Source of the DNA: Octopus sinensis
Taxonomy: Eukaryota
Assembly (NCBI RefSeq): GCF_006345805.1
Contig: NC_043015.1
Coordinates: 35,526,001-35,590,000 of the forward strand
Reading direction: 5' to 3'
DNA length: 64,000 nt
In this document: positions 25,696-38,048 of the stretch, piece by piece
Layout of the letters: the number at the start of each line of letters is the position of its first letter
Numbering within the stretch: position 1 is the first letter of the stretch
Made by a program: the position numbers and the translations under genes
The notes under the pieces: generated by a model
The model's database searches: none
Seen by the model: only the letters and a program-made list of their open reading frames with translations
What the model was told of the DNA's origin: nothing

Positions 25696-26121
25696 ATACT
25701 TAATCATAAATGATTATATATTGAATTTTGAGATACTAGGAGGTACCAACTCAACTCAGTATCAGAGCGAGCCAGAATCCTCAACTAGTATCACCGAATT
25801 CAAATTTGTGAATGAAACGATTGTGTCAACAGCCCCTTCCCACCCGCGTGTAGCCAAAAAACAAGATGATAATGATAATTATTCCAAATTAATTAATTTC
25901 ACCCTTCATTATTACGGATAACCATATTTTATCTCAGTAGATGACTACAGCATCTTGTTTTGGCTACACGCGGGTGGGAAGGGGCTGTTGACACAATCGT
26001 TTCATTCACAAATTTGAATTCGGTGATACTAGTTGAGGATTCTGGCTCGCTCTGATACTGAGTTGAGTTGGTACTCCTAGTATCTCAAAATTCAATATAT
26101 AATCATTTATGATTATAGTAT

Positions 26122-26230
26122 TCCCGCAGCTGAAGAGAAAAGAAGTTTCGGTAAGATAGAATATTTTAATATTTAATATTTTAATTCTTATGCTTTCCTA
26201 AAACTTGATTTCGAAACGTACGTCCGTGGA
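26122..26230 (+). ncRNA. Type I hammerhead ribozyme, inverted copy (stem I 5' arm altered)
   Basis: CTGAAGA 26130-26136, GAAAC 26213-26217, GTC 26222-26224, CGTGGA 26225-26230; upstream arm is tcccgcag rather than tccacg. Confidence 0.65.
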
Positions 26231-26417
26231 TAACTTTAAAAATGTTTGATAGATTGCGGTTAATCATTCTCTCTTACCTGTTTGTGTCAGCCTTCCAATT
26301 GCTGTTTTTACTGAGATCTCCCTTTTTAGTAGAAGAAATAGCTATAACCCTTTGACTGCTATTTCTAAATTCGGTATGTGGTAAGGCAATTCGTTGCTGA
26401 ACCCTTATTGCTTAGTA

Positions 26418-26449
<32 letters not shown>

Positions 26450-26454
26450 GAGAG

Positions 26455-26690
26455 TGTGCTTGTTGTGTGTATCTTTATGTGTGCTTCTCACCCCACCATT
26501 GCTTGACAACTAATGTTGGTGTGTTTATGTCCCTGTAACTCTAGCGGTTCAGCCAAAGTGTCCGATATAGTAAGACCTAAGCTTACGACGAGTAAGCTCT
26601 GCGGTCGATTTCTTCGACCAAACCCCTTTGAGGTGATGCTCCAACATGGACTTAGTCAAATGACTGAAACGTGTCAAAGAATATAAGATA
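26455..26690 (+). mobile_element. SINE family A (3' part)
   Basis: ccaccattgcttgacaac..tgtttatgtccctgtaact..gtcgatttcttcgacc..ctccaacatgg..aaatgactgaaac. Confidence 0.75.
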
Positions 26691-27746
26691 ATATGCATGT
26701 ATACACACACCAAACTACAAATATTTCCCTCAGTATGCTGGTTGACAGGCTAAACAACAACAACACTAAGAACAACCTATATCAGCCGGTAGAGCACACC
26801 TGTCATCAAAATACATTTTCTTTTGACTACAAAAAAAAAAATGAAAAAATGAAAAAAAGAACAACGTCATATGTTATTATAAACTAACATTTTGTTTCTT
26901 TTTTTAATCCAGTTTCACTTCTGTCTCTGAACTGAGGACGCCGTCGCTTGATATTCTGCATAATAATGAAAGTTTATCAAAATCATTAGCTTAGATATGC
27001 TGATGATGATGATGATGTCCTTGCTGGGTATCATCATAAAAAGTCACTAACCCCGCCACCAACAACATCAACGTTATGATGGTGATGTTTATAATCATGA
27101 TCATCATTTCCAATGTCGTCTGCGTCTACGTCGTCGTTTTTATCATCATTATCCACATCACTATCATCACAACATCATCAGCATCATTATCGTCGCTGTC
27201 GACATCCATGTCATTATAGATGTTATCCTCCTCTTTTTTTATTTCACCCTCTTCCTCCTCTTTCTCATCATAACCACCATAATATCTGCCACCGTCATCG
27301 TCATCATCATCGTTGTCTTTTGCAGTCGTTGACTTCATCGTCACGAATATTTTCCTCACCATCATCTTTTTTTATATACTCTCCACCTCACAAGCCTCCT
27401 ACTCCCCTTCCCTCCCCTCCTTCTCTCCCACTAGTTCTTCCTCTTCTTTATTTTCTTTTTCCCAGACGAAACGATTACCCCCTCTCCACACCGTATTGTT
27501 GTTTGTCGAGACATTTTTCATTAAACAAGGATTGTGTTTTGATTTAAATCTTTGTGAAGTCTCGTTGAAACTTACTCAAAGTATTAACAGGTTCAATATG
27601 GCTGACTAAACGAACTTAAGTCCTTCATTTTGTTGTCACTGGTAACAAAATGTTTAATATACGGTTTGTCTTGATCATGTATGCTACACATGGGCAAGAA
27701 AAATTACGTCAGACAAACCTGTTGCCCATTTTTTATTATTCTCCAG

Positions 27747-27849
27747 TGTAGAACTGGAAAAAATAGTGGCTCCACCCTCTTCGTCTCTCTGGAACTTCCG
27801 AACCAGATTGTCTCTCCTGGATGCATTTAAAAACGTCCCCAGGACACAA
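27747..27849 (+). CDS. Candidate internal coding exon of an unidentified gene
   Basis: Acceptor cccatttttttattattctccag, donor caa|gtgaga; 103 nt with one open frame: VELEKIVAPPSSSLWNFRTRLSLLDAFKNVPRTQ. No protein family recognised. Confidence 0.35.
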
Positions 27850-28166
27850 GTGAGAATTAAATCATATCCAATATAATTGACCAATAATGAATTTTTCTTA
27901 CGTGTGTATATATTTAGATATACGCACAAGAAATATTCACTATTGGTTGGCAATATTCGATATATCCTAATTCTCACTTAGATATATTGATTTCTACATT
28001 TCCAAGACCATTCTTCATCAATTCAACTTTTAAACATTTATTCTTTCTGTCAAATATTAACCTAACAACACACACAATTCGCGACGCTAGGATACACAGA
28101 GCATTAGCAATATGTGACACTATTTTGTCACACAAAATAATTTCATTGTACATGCGTGAATATATG

Positions 28167-28233
<67 letters not shown>

Positions 28234-28989
28234 AATATATATATATATGCATAATACACAGAGAAAGTTATATATGTGTGCATCGAAACATCTATCTATC
28301 TATCTATCTGTCAATATGTGTGTGAATATATGTATATATAAATATGTGTGTGTATTGTATTTGTATGAGTATATATTTATATATACATATATTCACACGC
28401 ACACACGCATATGTACACTTAAAAGTGTTTGTATATGCATTATATATTACAATAAAGGAATGCTGTTAACACTGAATTATAAGAGAAGCCGCCCAAAATC
28501 GAAGTTCCTATATTGATATTCACTTAGGAAAACTTGAAGCATCAGTCGGCACTTAACACCATCTGTGACCAATTCTGATGTACAACAATAGCCACCGATA
28601 ACATTTGAAAGTAGTGATATTGATGATGATGGTGTTGGTGACGTTAGTGGTGGTGGTGCTGGTTGTCATTCTGGTATGAATGGCACTGAGGGGGGTAGTG
28701 GTGGTAGTGACAGGCGTTGACTGTTGTGTCTGTTGGCACAGTAGTGGAGATTGTGGCTGCGTTAGTTTTGGTAGGTGATCGGTGATGGTTGTATTTGTAT
28801 TGGAGTTGCTAACAGAGAAATTGAGCCTCTGGCAATAGTTTTGCGTAGTAGTAGTAGTGGTGGTTGTGGTACTAGTACTAGGTGATGAAGTCATGATGGT
28901 TGCGTCTCTAGCAGTAGTAGAAGGAGTAGTACCATTAGTGGTGGTGGTGGTAGTTTTTGCATAGTTTTAATAGGCGTAGCTTGAAGACG

Positions 28990-29034
<45 letters not shown>

Positions 29035-29533
29035 AATTAATAAATAAAACATATGCATACAGACATACATACATATATGTATATGCCTATATCTATCTAT
29101 CTATCTATCTATATATATAATATATATATATATGCATATATGGCTACAGGACACCAAAAAAAACGTAGAACACAATGAGAAACGAAAGCATAAAAACAAA
29201 AACATGGAAACGGACTTTTTCAAACAACGAAATAACAGAGTACAAGACATACAACACAAGGAACATTCTCCTTCTTTAGTTGTCTCCTGTTTTATCTACT
29301 CTGCGCATCGAAGGTAAGGACAAGACGCGACTTCGTTGAAACAATCTTCCCGCAAAGCAAATTAAATAAAATTTGGGATTTTTTGCGGAGGGATAAAAAT
29401 GGTGACAAGAACAGGACAGTAAAAACAAAACAAGACAGTAAAAAGCAATACAAATAAAAACAGTAAAAGACAGGACAAGGAGAATAACACAGTTAAAACA
29501 AACGATAAGGGTTTTTAAGGCAAGACGATGGAA

Positions 29534-29575
<42 letters not shown>

Positions 29576-30085
29576 ATGAAGAATGTGTGTGTTGTGTGTA
29601 TGAATGTATATCCTTCAGGCGACATATTTTATTGATTTCTTTTAATTTCAAAAATCGAATAATTAAACACAAAATTTGGAATTAAATACACCATTTGTTG
29701 TAATTAAAATATACATCGAAGAATCTGTTTATTAAATTTATGTAAACGCGTTCTGTGAGGTAGCAATGGAACCTCTTGATTACTGCATGGCACAAATAAA
29801 TGCATTTTTACCATGCGAATAGCAAATTTAGAGAAGCAAAATGGAAACTTAACTTGTCATCACGATAACGGTGTCGACACGGAATAACAGACACGCGCAC
29901 ACACGCACACTTGCACGCGCACAAGTATATTAGAATTTTTAAGGAAAGATTTGCACGTGTCAGACATTTTGCGATAGATAGATAGATTCAGTTGAATTAG
30001 GTACTTAATTTGAAGCACCAAATCAGCTCGGTATTTTCCGCACAGCTCGAAGTAAGGTGAATAAATGGAAATTAAGCAACAAGCT

Positions 30086-30361
30086 ATCAAGAAGTGATGC
30101 AGTACGACCGTTTCAAGCGGCTCCATATAATTGAACAATGCAATCATTACATCAATTTAAATGCAGGACTATCACCAGCTGCACAAATAGGTAGAATTTT
30201 AATCAGTTGGACACATTAATGAGTAAAATTATATTAATGTGTCCGACTGATTAAAACCATTTGTGGAGCTGACGATAGTCCTGTATTTAAATTGAGGTAA
30301 TGATTGCATTGTTCAATGAATTGGAGCCGCTTGAAACAGTCGTACTGCATCGCTTCTTGAT
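30086..30361. mobile_element. Fold-back element/MITE with ~135-bp imperfect inverted arms
   Basis: atcaagaagtgatgcagtacgacc...ggacacattaat (30086-30220) mirrors attaatgtgtcc...gtcgtactgcatcgcttcttgat (30233-30361) around a 12-nt loop. Confidence 0.85.
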
Positions 30362-30375
30362 TATATATATATATA

Positions 30376-31400
30376 TACTAGCATTATGACCCGTCGTTGC
30401 CGGGTCATAGAGCTAGTGCATGTATATATGTGTATATTTATGTGTACCAATTACATGTACATCTATATATATACATCTACACATAAAATACAAAATACAA
30501 AGATATCTTGATATCGCTAGTGATAACAATACTCAAAATATATAACAGACTGGAATTGTAAGCCCGTCTCTTGAAATTTCGATCAATTGTATCTTGTCCT
30601 CCCTCTTGTCTAGAAGTGTGGCTACAATCCAGCCTACCTCAACTTCTGGGTGGGGGGGGGGACATTTTAATTTTTTATCCGGCACGTCCTACGTCCCAGA
30701 CATAATGGTAAAAATAAAATATTTCCACTTTGCAAGTTCGAGTCGAGTATTCCCTTGCACGCTCCGTTGACTCGAACCTTGCTTCTATTGTGGCGAATTT
30801 ACCGCTTCTGGTTAGATATCTTTCATAGTCGCACCAAGACACTTTTCGATGGTGCTTTCCTCCAGGTGTTCAGATCTTCTTTTTTCTCTACATTGTATAA
30901 TTTATAGACAATAGTCTTTTCTTTAATTCAATTTTTTATTATCCATCTGAACTATTCCATTCCTGAACGCTAATTTTATTTTTAATTTATTCCCATTCAT
31001 GTGAAACCACTTATTCAAGTTCAAGTCATTGATGCAATTTTATACCAATTGCTATTTTTACTTTTGTTATGTTACGATTATATTATACTTTAGTTTGATT
31101 TTAATTATTACTTACTACATATAATTCAATTGTTATTATTATTTTTATTGTTAAAGTGAAAGCATCTGACATAAAATAGAGAAATATTTTTCTTTCACTT
31201 TTAACACGTAATACTGAAATATTGGAGAAGATATGATATATTCCTATGGGCTCACTCTGGGCAAGAAGGTGAACATTCTTTTGCCCATGAAACTACATAG
31301 CCCCTAAGTAAGGCATGTGTAAAATTTGAATGAAATTGGTTGTATAGTTCTCAAGTTTTAGGGAAACACAGACAGACAGACAGACACACACACATTCTCA

Positions 31401-31410
<10 letters not shown>
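30376..31410 (+). mobile_element. Helitron/Helentron-associated non-autonomous element (DINE-1/Lep1-like architecture)
   Basis: Begins tactagc followed by hairpin tatgacccg/cgggtcata (30385-30409); ends aaatttgaatgaaattggttg..(acag)n..cattctcagttttata; both ends in TA runs. Confidence 0.6.
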
Positions 31411-31455
<45 letters not shown>

Positions 31456-31539
31456 ATGTTGGTTTGTGTGTGTGTCTATGTATATACATGTATATCTCCT
31501 TGTATATATGTATAGTTATAGGTATATATATGTATATAA

Positions 31540-31862
31540 TGTTAAAGCCCCTGAATGGCCATGGGTTGAAAGTTTCCCACCGAAGCACAAATCCAGGAAA
31601 CGTTGTTAATGGAAGACCACCAGTCAACCATTCATACTACCTTCCTGGCTCTCCATGCCACCGGTGTTACCCAAGGGAAAGGCAAAGGGGCCGATACAGC
31701 TTGGAACCTTTGACTTTGCAATTCATTCCTACAACTGAGAGAACTGGAGCAACGTGAACTAAAGTGTCTTGCTCAACAACACAATAGCCAGCCAGCCCGG
31801 GAATCGAACTCACAACCTCATGATTGTGAGCCCAACTCTCTAACCACTGAGCCATGCACCTT
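31540..31862 (-). mobile_element. tRNA-derived SINE, family C
   Basis: Minus strand starts ggtgcatGGCTCAGTGGttagag...GAGTTCGATTCCcgg (A and B boxes), then gagcaagacactt..cacgttgctccagt and a distinct tail. Confidence 0.8.
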
Positions 31863-33033
31863 TACACACGCACACGCACATATATTACTACTACTACTAC
31901 TAATAATAATAATGATAATTTTGTGATCGTACAGGAAAAGAAACATCCATGGATGCTGCGGAATTTTGATGATATTACAGCTTACTTTTACATTATTTCC
32001 ATTAACGATTGTATTGTCCCTGTAATATGTTCATTAATAAAGTTTGGGATTATCCTGACGATATTTGAAGGGTCTTTTTTACGGAGAAAGTGGATTATAC
32101 CACGGGATCAAGCACATCTTGTTTTGGCAATCGTTTTTGTTTAGTGCAGTTCCATATACACAATGGGCTCTACATTTGACGCCATTTTGCTCATCAAAGA
32201 ATACGATAGGTATATGTATGCAGTTATTATTCGCTAAATCCCAAAATATTTGTTTGACGATCGTTAAAGCTGCATAAATACACTCTATACATATACATTC
32301 CAATAATCTCTAAATAAAACATATAAATAACTTCCTGTAAATACCTATAAAAACATCCTCATCGTCTCTATAAATTCAGAATGTCAGTATGATAGGCTAA
32401 GAAATGTATATTTCGATGGGTTTTAAATTATGATAAATTAACAATTATAATAGAGTCTTATCCCTTTTAGAATATACATCCATTGCATTAACTTAGCAGA
32501 AAGTCAGGTCTTTGTTTCTCGGAGAAATGCAACATATATCATTTCCTTTTCGCAATTTTGAACAAAGCATCGGAATTGGTAATTTCTTGTAACTACAACC
32601 CTTAATGTTCATTGAAGTGTTTCCAAATACAATTTATCATTTCCATCATAATTTACTTCATGTATGCTGAAACATTATAGCATGTTAGAGAAAGTATACA
32701 ATCTGGTATTCGCCAACACTGACACGGCAGTAACAATAGCCACTCTCCTTGCTTTCGTGTAATTTACACATATGATACTGAAAACATTAAAATATCTGCT
32801 TTTGTATGTGAATAGAGGAGTATATGTAACGATGTCAACGTATGAAAATTCAGTTGAGGAATTTCTGATGCATTTTCAAAGAATATTTGACAATCAAACA
32901 TACTTCGATTACTAAACCTATTTAACAGTGAGTTAATCAATAGTTTCTATGTGTTGTCTAGATGCTGCCATTCTTTAACCATTTAGATAATCGACAGAGA
33001 GACACTTGTAGAACCCGCTCAAGTAAACAGTCC

Positions 33034-33080
<47 letters not shown>

Positions 33081-33185
33081 TTGGTACATACAGTCTATTG
33101 TGTTACTTTTTGGGTGGAGTGTCCCATATCTAGTTAGTAACTTCCTTAATATACTTCTATATTTAAGAGATGAGGAATTATGTAC

Positions 33186-33326
33186 ATTATTTACATTTGA
33201 CGGATATTTGTCCTCATATTATTTGTTGTTAACACAACGTTTTCGCTGATATACCCTCCAGCCTTCATCAGGTGTCTTGCAGAAATTTCGAACCTGGGTT
33301 CTCATTCCTAAGGTATTTTTTTATGC

Positions 33327-33361
<35 letters not shown>

Positions 33362-33628
33362 TATTATTATTCAGGTCACGATCAGGAATCAAACTCGGAG
33401 TTTTGTAGCCTGAATAAAAATAATAATAATAACAATAATAATAACAATAGTAATAATAATGATGATGATGATGATAATAATAATAACAATAACAACATCG
33501 AAAAATACCTTAGGAATGAGAACCCAGGTTCAAAATTTCCACAAGATACTGATGAAGGCTGTATATCATCGGAAACGTTGTGTTAACAACAAAGATGCAG
33601 ACAAATATCCGTCCAATGTAAATTATAT
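33186..33628. mobile_element. Inverted pair of Penelope-type terminal repeats, each with an HHR motif
   Basis: 33186-33320 and 33501-33628 are diverged reverse complements. HHR-like GACAC CUGAUGA AGGCUG..CAGC GAAAAC GUU GUGUU on minus (33276-33231) and a more decayed plus copy (33544-33584). Spacer is (ATT)n..(AAT)n. Confidence 0.75.
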
Positions 33629-33689
33629 AAAGCAACTTCCTTGTCTTTCTGTCTAAGCTGTTCAGTTCGCCTACTGTCCATGTGATTAC

Positions 33690-34200
33690 CCCTCCTCCAT
33701 AGCTAAGGAATGAAACTGCTCAGATGTTAATAGCTTCAATCTCATTCCGACCATCTATACTTTCTTTGCAACGAGGCGCTGTTTCAGTTCCTCCACTCCT
33801 ATTTTCAGGCCCTTTCAATATTATACTTCCTTTTCATTACCCTGTATTTTTGTTCACTTTTAAGCTCCCCTTTCTCTTTTCAGTCTAACACAGAGATTTC
33901 CTTCGAAAGCATGTCTAACTCTGCCTGTATTCTTCGTTTCCACCATGAATCTTTTTTTTTTTTGTCTCTCCCATTATATTTCTTTTTCTTGACATCAACA
34001 CCCACGTTTTCCGCTACAACAGCACTTGCTGCCGTGATCAAATTATTTTTTCTGTGATGTTGTTTGTTCTGATGTATTTCAGAATTTCATTGACATTTTT
34101 CGTTTCTTGGTTCAATTTCTATCGATCAACCTTTTTTAGGTTGCAAATAATGCCGTTATCTTTCTCCTGTAGTCTTACCTTTATTCGCTAAAATCTAATG
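33690..34200 (-). mobile_element. R4/Dong-like retrotransposon N-terminal fragment
   Basis: Minus frames give NVNEILKYIRTNNITE.NNLITAASAVVAE.VG...DSWWKRRIQAELDML.KEIS.L and KGLKIGVEELKQRLVAK, as in the pre-RT region of R4/Dong ORFs. Confidence 0.6.
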
Positions 34201-34429
34201 CGCAAGCACAATGTTCAAGGTCAATCTGTGCCAAGCAGCTTCACACTGCGTGCTTTAGATTTCCCACTATGGCAACAGTCCGGATACGTATTGATCAGAC
34301 CGCTATATAAATGACGATCCTATGTATGTTACCGTGCGATTGAAAAGGAACCTGTAACGAAGCCGTTTCCAAGAATTACAATCTAGTAATGTAAAATTTA
34401 ACGTCCAGTATACACATTTCATATATATA

Positions 34430-34460
<31 letters not shown>

Positions 34461-34864
34461 AAGTAAGATAGGGGTTATGGGTGTAACCCACTAAGGGATA
34501 GTTTTTATCCAATATACTGTTGACAACTATAGGCAATAAAAATAACTACTTTTAGCCATAGGCTGAAACAGCTGTAGGAAGTAATTTTAATGATTTCAAT
34601 AATTTATAATATGATATTTATAATTTGTATTCTTATCTTATATGTATTGAATTATAAGATATATATGTATGCTATTAAGGTTCTAATTTTGTTAAATGAA
34701 TAAATAATCCAACATTCTAATATCCGAAAGTTGAACAAACTAAATTTGTTTCTCCATTTTCTTATTTGTATTATGTATGTATATATATACTCTAGACAAA
34801 AACAATATTTATACAGAGAGACTTAAAATGGAGTTATTAAGAACTATAACATAAGAGGGTTTGT

Positions 34865-34897
<33 letters not shown>

Positions 34898-35075
34898 GAA
34901 GACTTCGCCAAATGCATCAGGAAGGAAAGAGTATAACGAGCCAATGTCAGGTTGGAAGGTAAAGTAGCTGAACATTAAGAGGTTATAGAGGAAGTGGGAG
35001 TAAAAAGACATGAGCGGTAGCAAGAGACGGAGCGTTCACTGAATAATATGTATAGCTAGGATACACACACACACA

Positions 35076-35133
<58 letters not shown>

Positions 35134-35274
35134 AACAAACAAACAATATGCACACACCTTTGGGAAAACTTGTCTCTCTTAAGGTTTGTCTTGTTTGCTT
35201 AATACAGCATTATGTGTGTACGCTGTGTCTATGCGTGTGCAGGTACATATACAGAAATGTTTACACTCACACAC

Positions 35275-35311
<37 letters not shown>

Positions 35312-35365
35312 ACATATAGATTTATATATTTCCACACACATACAAGCAGCTATGTATATATATAT

Positions 35366-35407
<42 letters not shown>

Positions 35408-37084
35408 CTTATGTATATATATATGTGTGTATATACGTGTGCATACATATGTATATACATGTATACTTATATGTATATACGTTTATAGGTATGCATACAC
35501 ATGCACATACGCATAAAAATACTTGTATTATACATATATATGCATATATATATATACATATATATACATACATATATATTCACACATATATATATACATA
35601 TATATATTCACACATATATACATATATATACATACACATATATACATACATATATATATACATATATATAGATACATATATACATATATACATACATATA
35701 CTTATATATACATATACATATATATATACATACATATACATACATTTACATATATATATACATATATACATACACATAGTATGTGTTTGTGTTTGTGCAT
35801 GTAAGAAAGTAAGTTGCCTGAAGGCGCCGAGAATGTACTATTGAAAATTAATCTATGAACTTATTAAAGACTATCTAATGGAATAAAATTGTTTAGGAGA
35901 CGTAAGAGAGAGAGAGAGAGAGAGAGAGAGGTGAAGAGGAAGATAGATATAAAGGTGTCTATGACGGATGTTGATTTGGAGAATAAACGTGATAGAAGAC
36001 GAAAACCTATGAAATTATAAAGTTATCAAACAATACATTTCGATTGTATATCGTTTGAGATAAAATACTTGCTGTTGCAACACACACATGCGCACATAGG
36101 CGCCTAGAACACTAACATATATGCACCTACTTCACACACACACAATATATTGACAGTGACCTGGAAAACCATTACAAAGCAGGTTCGAATTAAAAGTGTG
36201 GAAACAAACCGTTTAGCTTGTTTGGTGGTATTTCAATGTTTCGGCATTAAAACGCCTTCGTGAAAAGAGCAAAAGTAAGATTGAGATGAGCCCCGTTCTC
36301 TGTGCAGGTATGTAGGGTTTTATATCTTACCCCACAAACTCATATACATATGTATATATGTGATATATGCGTGTGTTGTGAAGTATCTACACACACACAC
36401 ACACACACATATATATATGGCTGTATATACTTTCAAAACATACATATACGTACCTATATTCATATCACCATTTATATCTATTTTTCTTTATATATACAAA
36501 TAAATAAATACACAAATATATATGAATATTTATCTATATGTATGTGCAATGCGTATTGCATCGACTCATCCCTTGTGGCAGAATTTGAAACCGTTATTAT
36601 TACTCTTGTGAAAGGGGAAATGGGTGATAGAGATGAGAGAAAATATATGCTTTGCAGTATTTATTAGAGTGAATGCATCCATCAAACGTTGATGAAATGA
36701 ATAGCAGACATACAATGGGGGCCAATTTAATCAACATCATCTTCCATCAGCCATCAGAAGAAAAAAACTGTTGCGTCTTTCTTTGTTCCTGGGAATTTAT
36801 ATGGTTAAGTGCAGTGAATTAACAGAAACGGCTTTTTGCCAAAATCAAGTTTTTATAGTTCTAAGAACGCAATATAGATTGGAAATCTATTAGAATCGGA
36901 CAAAATGCTCCGATGTATCAAAGCCTATTTGGCGAGCTGACATCTTCCATCCTTTCAGGGTCAAAAGAATCCCTAATAGTCAAGATGAATTAGTGAAATG
37001 TCAGCATACATCTCAAAAATCTGACCTAACTGATCAATGTTTCCTCATAAATTTCAGAAAGAAATATTTTTTAATAAAATGTTC

Positions 37085-37240
37085 TTTGGCTGTGTGGTAA
37101 GAAGCTTGTTTCTCAACTACATCGTTCCCAGTTCAGTCCGACAGCATGGCACTTTAGACAGGTACCTTCTACTATAGGCCCGGCCAGACCAAAGCCTTGT
37201 AAGGGGCTTTGGTAGACGGAAACAGAAAGAAGCCTGTCAT
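37085..37240 (+). mobile_element. SINE family A (5' part; its 3' part probably continues at 37630-37850)
   Basis: ggctgtgtggtaagaagcttg..cagttcagtcc..accaaagccttg..ggtagacggaaac. Confidence 0.8.
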
Positions 37241-37274
37241 ACACACGCATACACACACACACACACACGCATTA

Positions 37275-37431
37275 TTAAAGCTGCAAAAGCCTCACGAAAA
37301 GTATCACAAAAAGATTTTAAAAACTGCTACTCCGAGTTTCACTTTCCCGCTTCTCGGGCAGTCGCCCGACGAACGGGACCATGAAACCAACAGTTTTGGG
37401 GGATATATTTTGAGATTTTTTGCAGCTTTAA
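37275..37431. mobile_element. TTAA-flanked MITE (Kolobok/piggyBac-type ends)
   Basis: TTAA-agctgcaaaa (37275-37288) ... ttttgcagct-TTAA (37418-37431): perfect 10-bp TIR inside duplicated TTAA. Confidence 0.7.
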
Positions 37432-37497
37432 TGATAAACTCCGGTATTCGACTACTATTTTTTCCCAGGCTGTTTCACATTTATGCGCTTACTCTGG

Positions 37498-37532
<35 letters not shown>

Positions 37533-37629
37533 TATATATGTATATATAAAGTATGTATATATAAATGTATATCTATATATATATACATACATGTACATAC
37601 ACATTTAAATATACACACATTTATGTGTG

Positions 37630-37847
37630 TGTCATTGTGTCTATTTTGTCCCGCCTAACATCACTTGAGAACCGATGCTGGTGTGTTTACGCCCCCGTAA
37701 TTTAGCGGTTCAGTAAAAAGAGCGATCGAATAAGTGCTGGGCTTACAAAAAATAAGTCCTGGCGTCGATTTGTTCGAGTGAAAAAACCCTTAAGGTGGTG
37801 CTCCTGCATGGCAGCAGTCAAATGACAAAAAGTAAGGGAATAAAAGA

Positions 37848-37850
<3 letters not shown>
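37630..37850 (+). mobile_element. SINE family A (3' part)
   Basis: catcacttgagaaccgatgctggtgtgtttacg..gtaatttagcggttc..ggcttacaaaaaataagtcctgg..gtggtgctcctgcatggc..aaatgac. Confidence 0.8.
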
Positions 37851-37885
<35 letters not shown>

Positions 37886-37887
<2 letters not shown>

Positions 37888-37988
37888 ATGTATGTATGTA
37901 TGTATGTATGTATGTATGTATGTATGTATGTATGTATGTATGTATGTATGTATGTATGTATGTATGTATGTATGTATGTATGTATGTA
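37886..37988. repeat. (TATG)n microsatellite; representative of dozens of TA, CA, GA, GATA, AAT and TATG tracts in the window
   Basis: Directly visible uninterrupted tetranucleotide run. Confidence 0.95.
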
Positions 37989-38048
37989 TATTACGGAGAT
38001 GTACTTCTATAGCAAGTGACCTGACCTGAGATCGTGTGCTGGAAAGAA

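Larger units (their letters stand above)
24101..26417. repeat. ~600-bp tandem trimer plus inverted fourth segment; retrozyme-like/Penelope pseudo-LTR array
   Basis: Units start tccgtaataatg at 24101, 24702 and 25303; unit 3 stops at 25868; ~25870-26417 is the reverse complement of the same unit. Copies are nearly identical, and both ends abut (TA)n. Confidence 0.95.

Noticed and set aside
24101-25868. CRISPR-like or satellite interpretation of the tandem array
   Set aside because: No short repeat/unique spacer alternation; units are ~600 bp, only three copies, eukaryotic context.
30310-30350. gaaacagtc in the fold-back arm, suggesting an HHR 3' half
   Set aside because: No CUGANGA at a suitable upstream position.
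31790-31862. Possible tRNA gene (A and B boxes)
   Set aside because: No complete cloverleaf and it runs straight into a SINE body; the same applies to the heads of families A and B.
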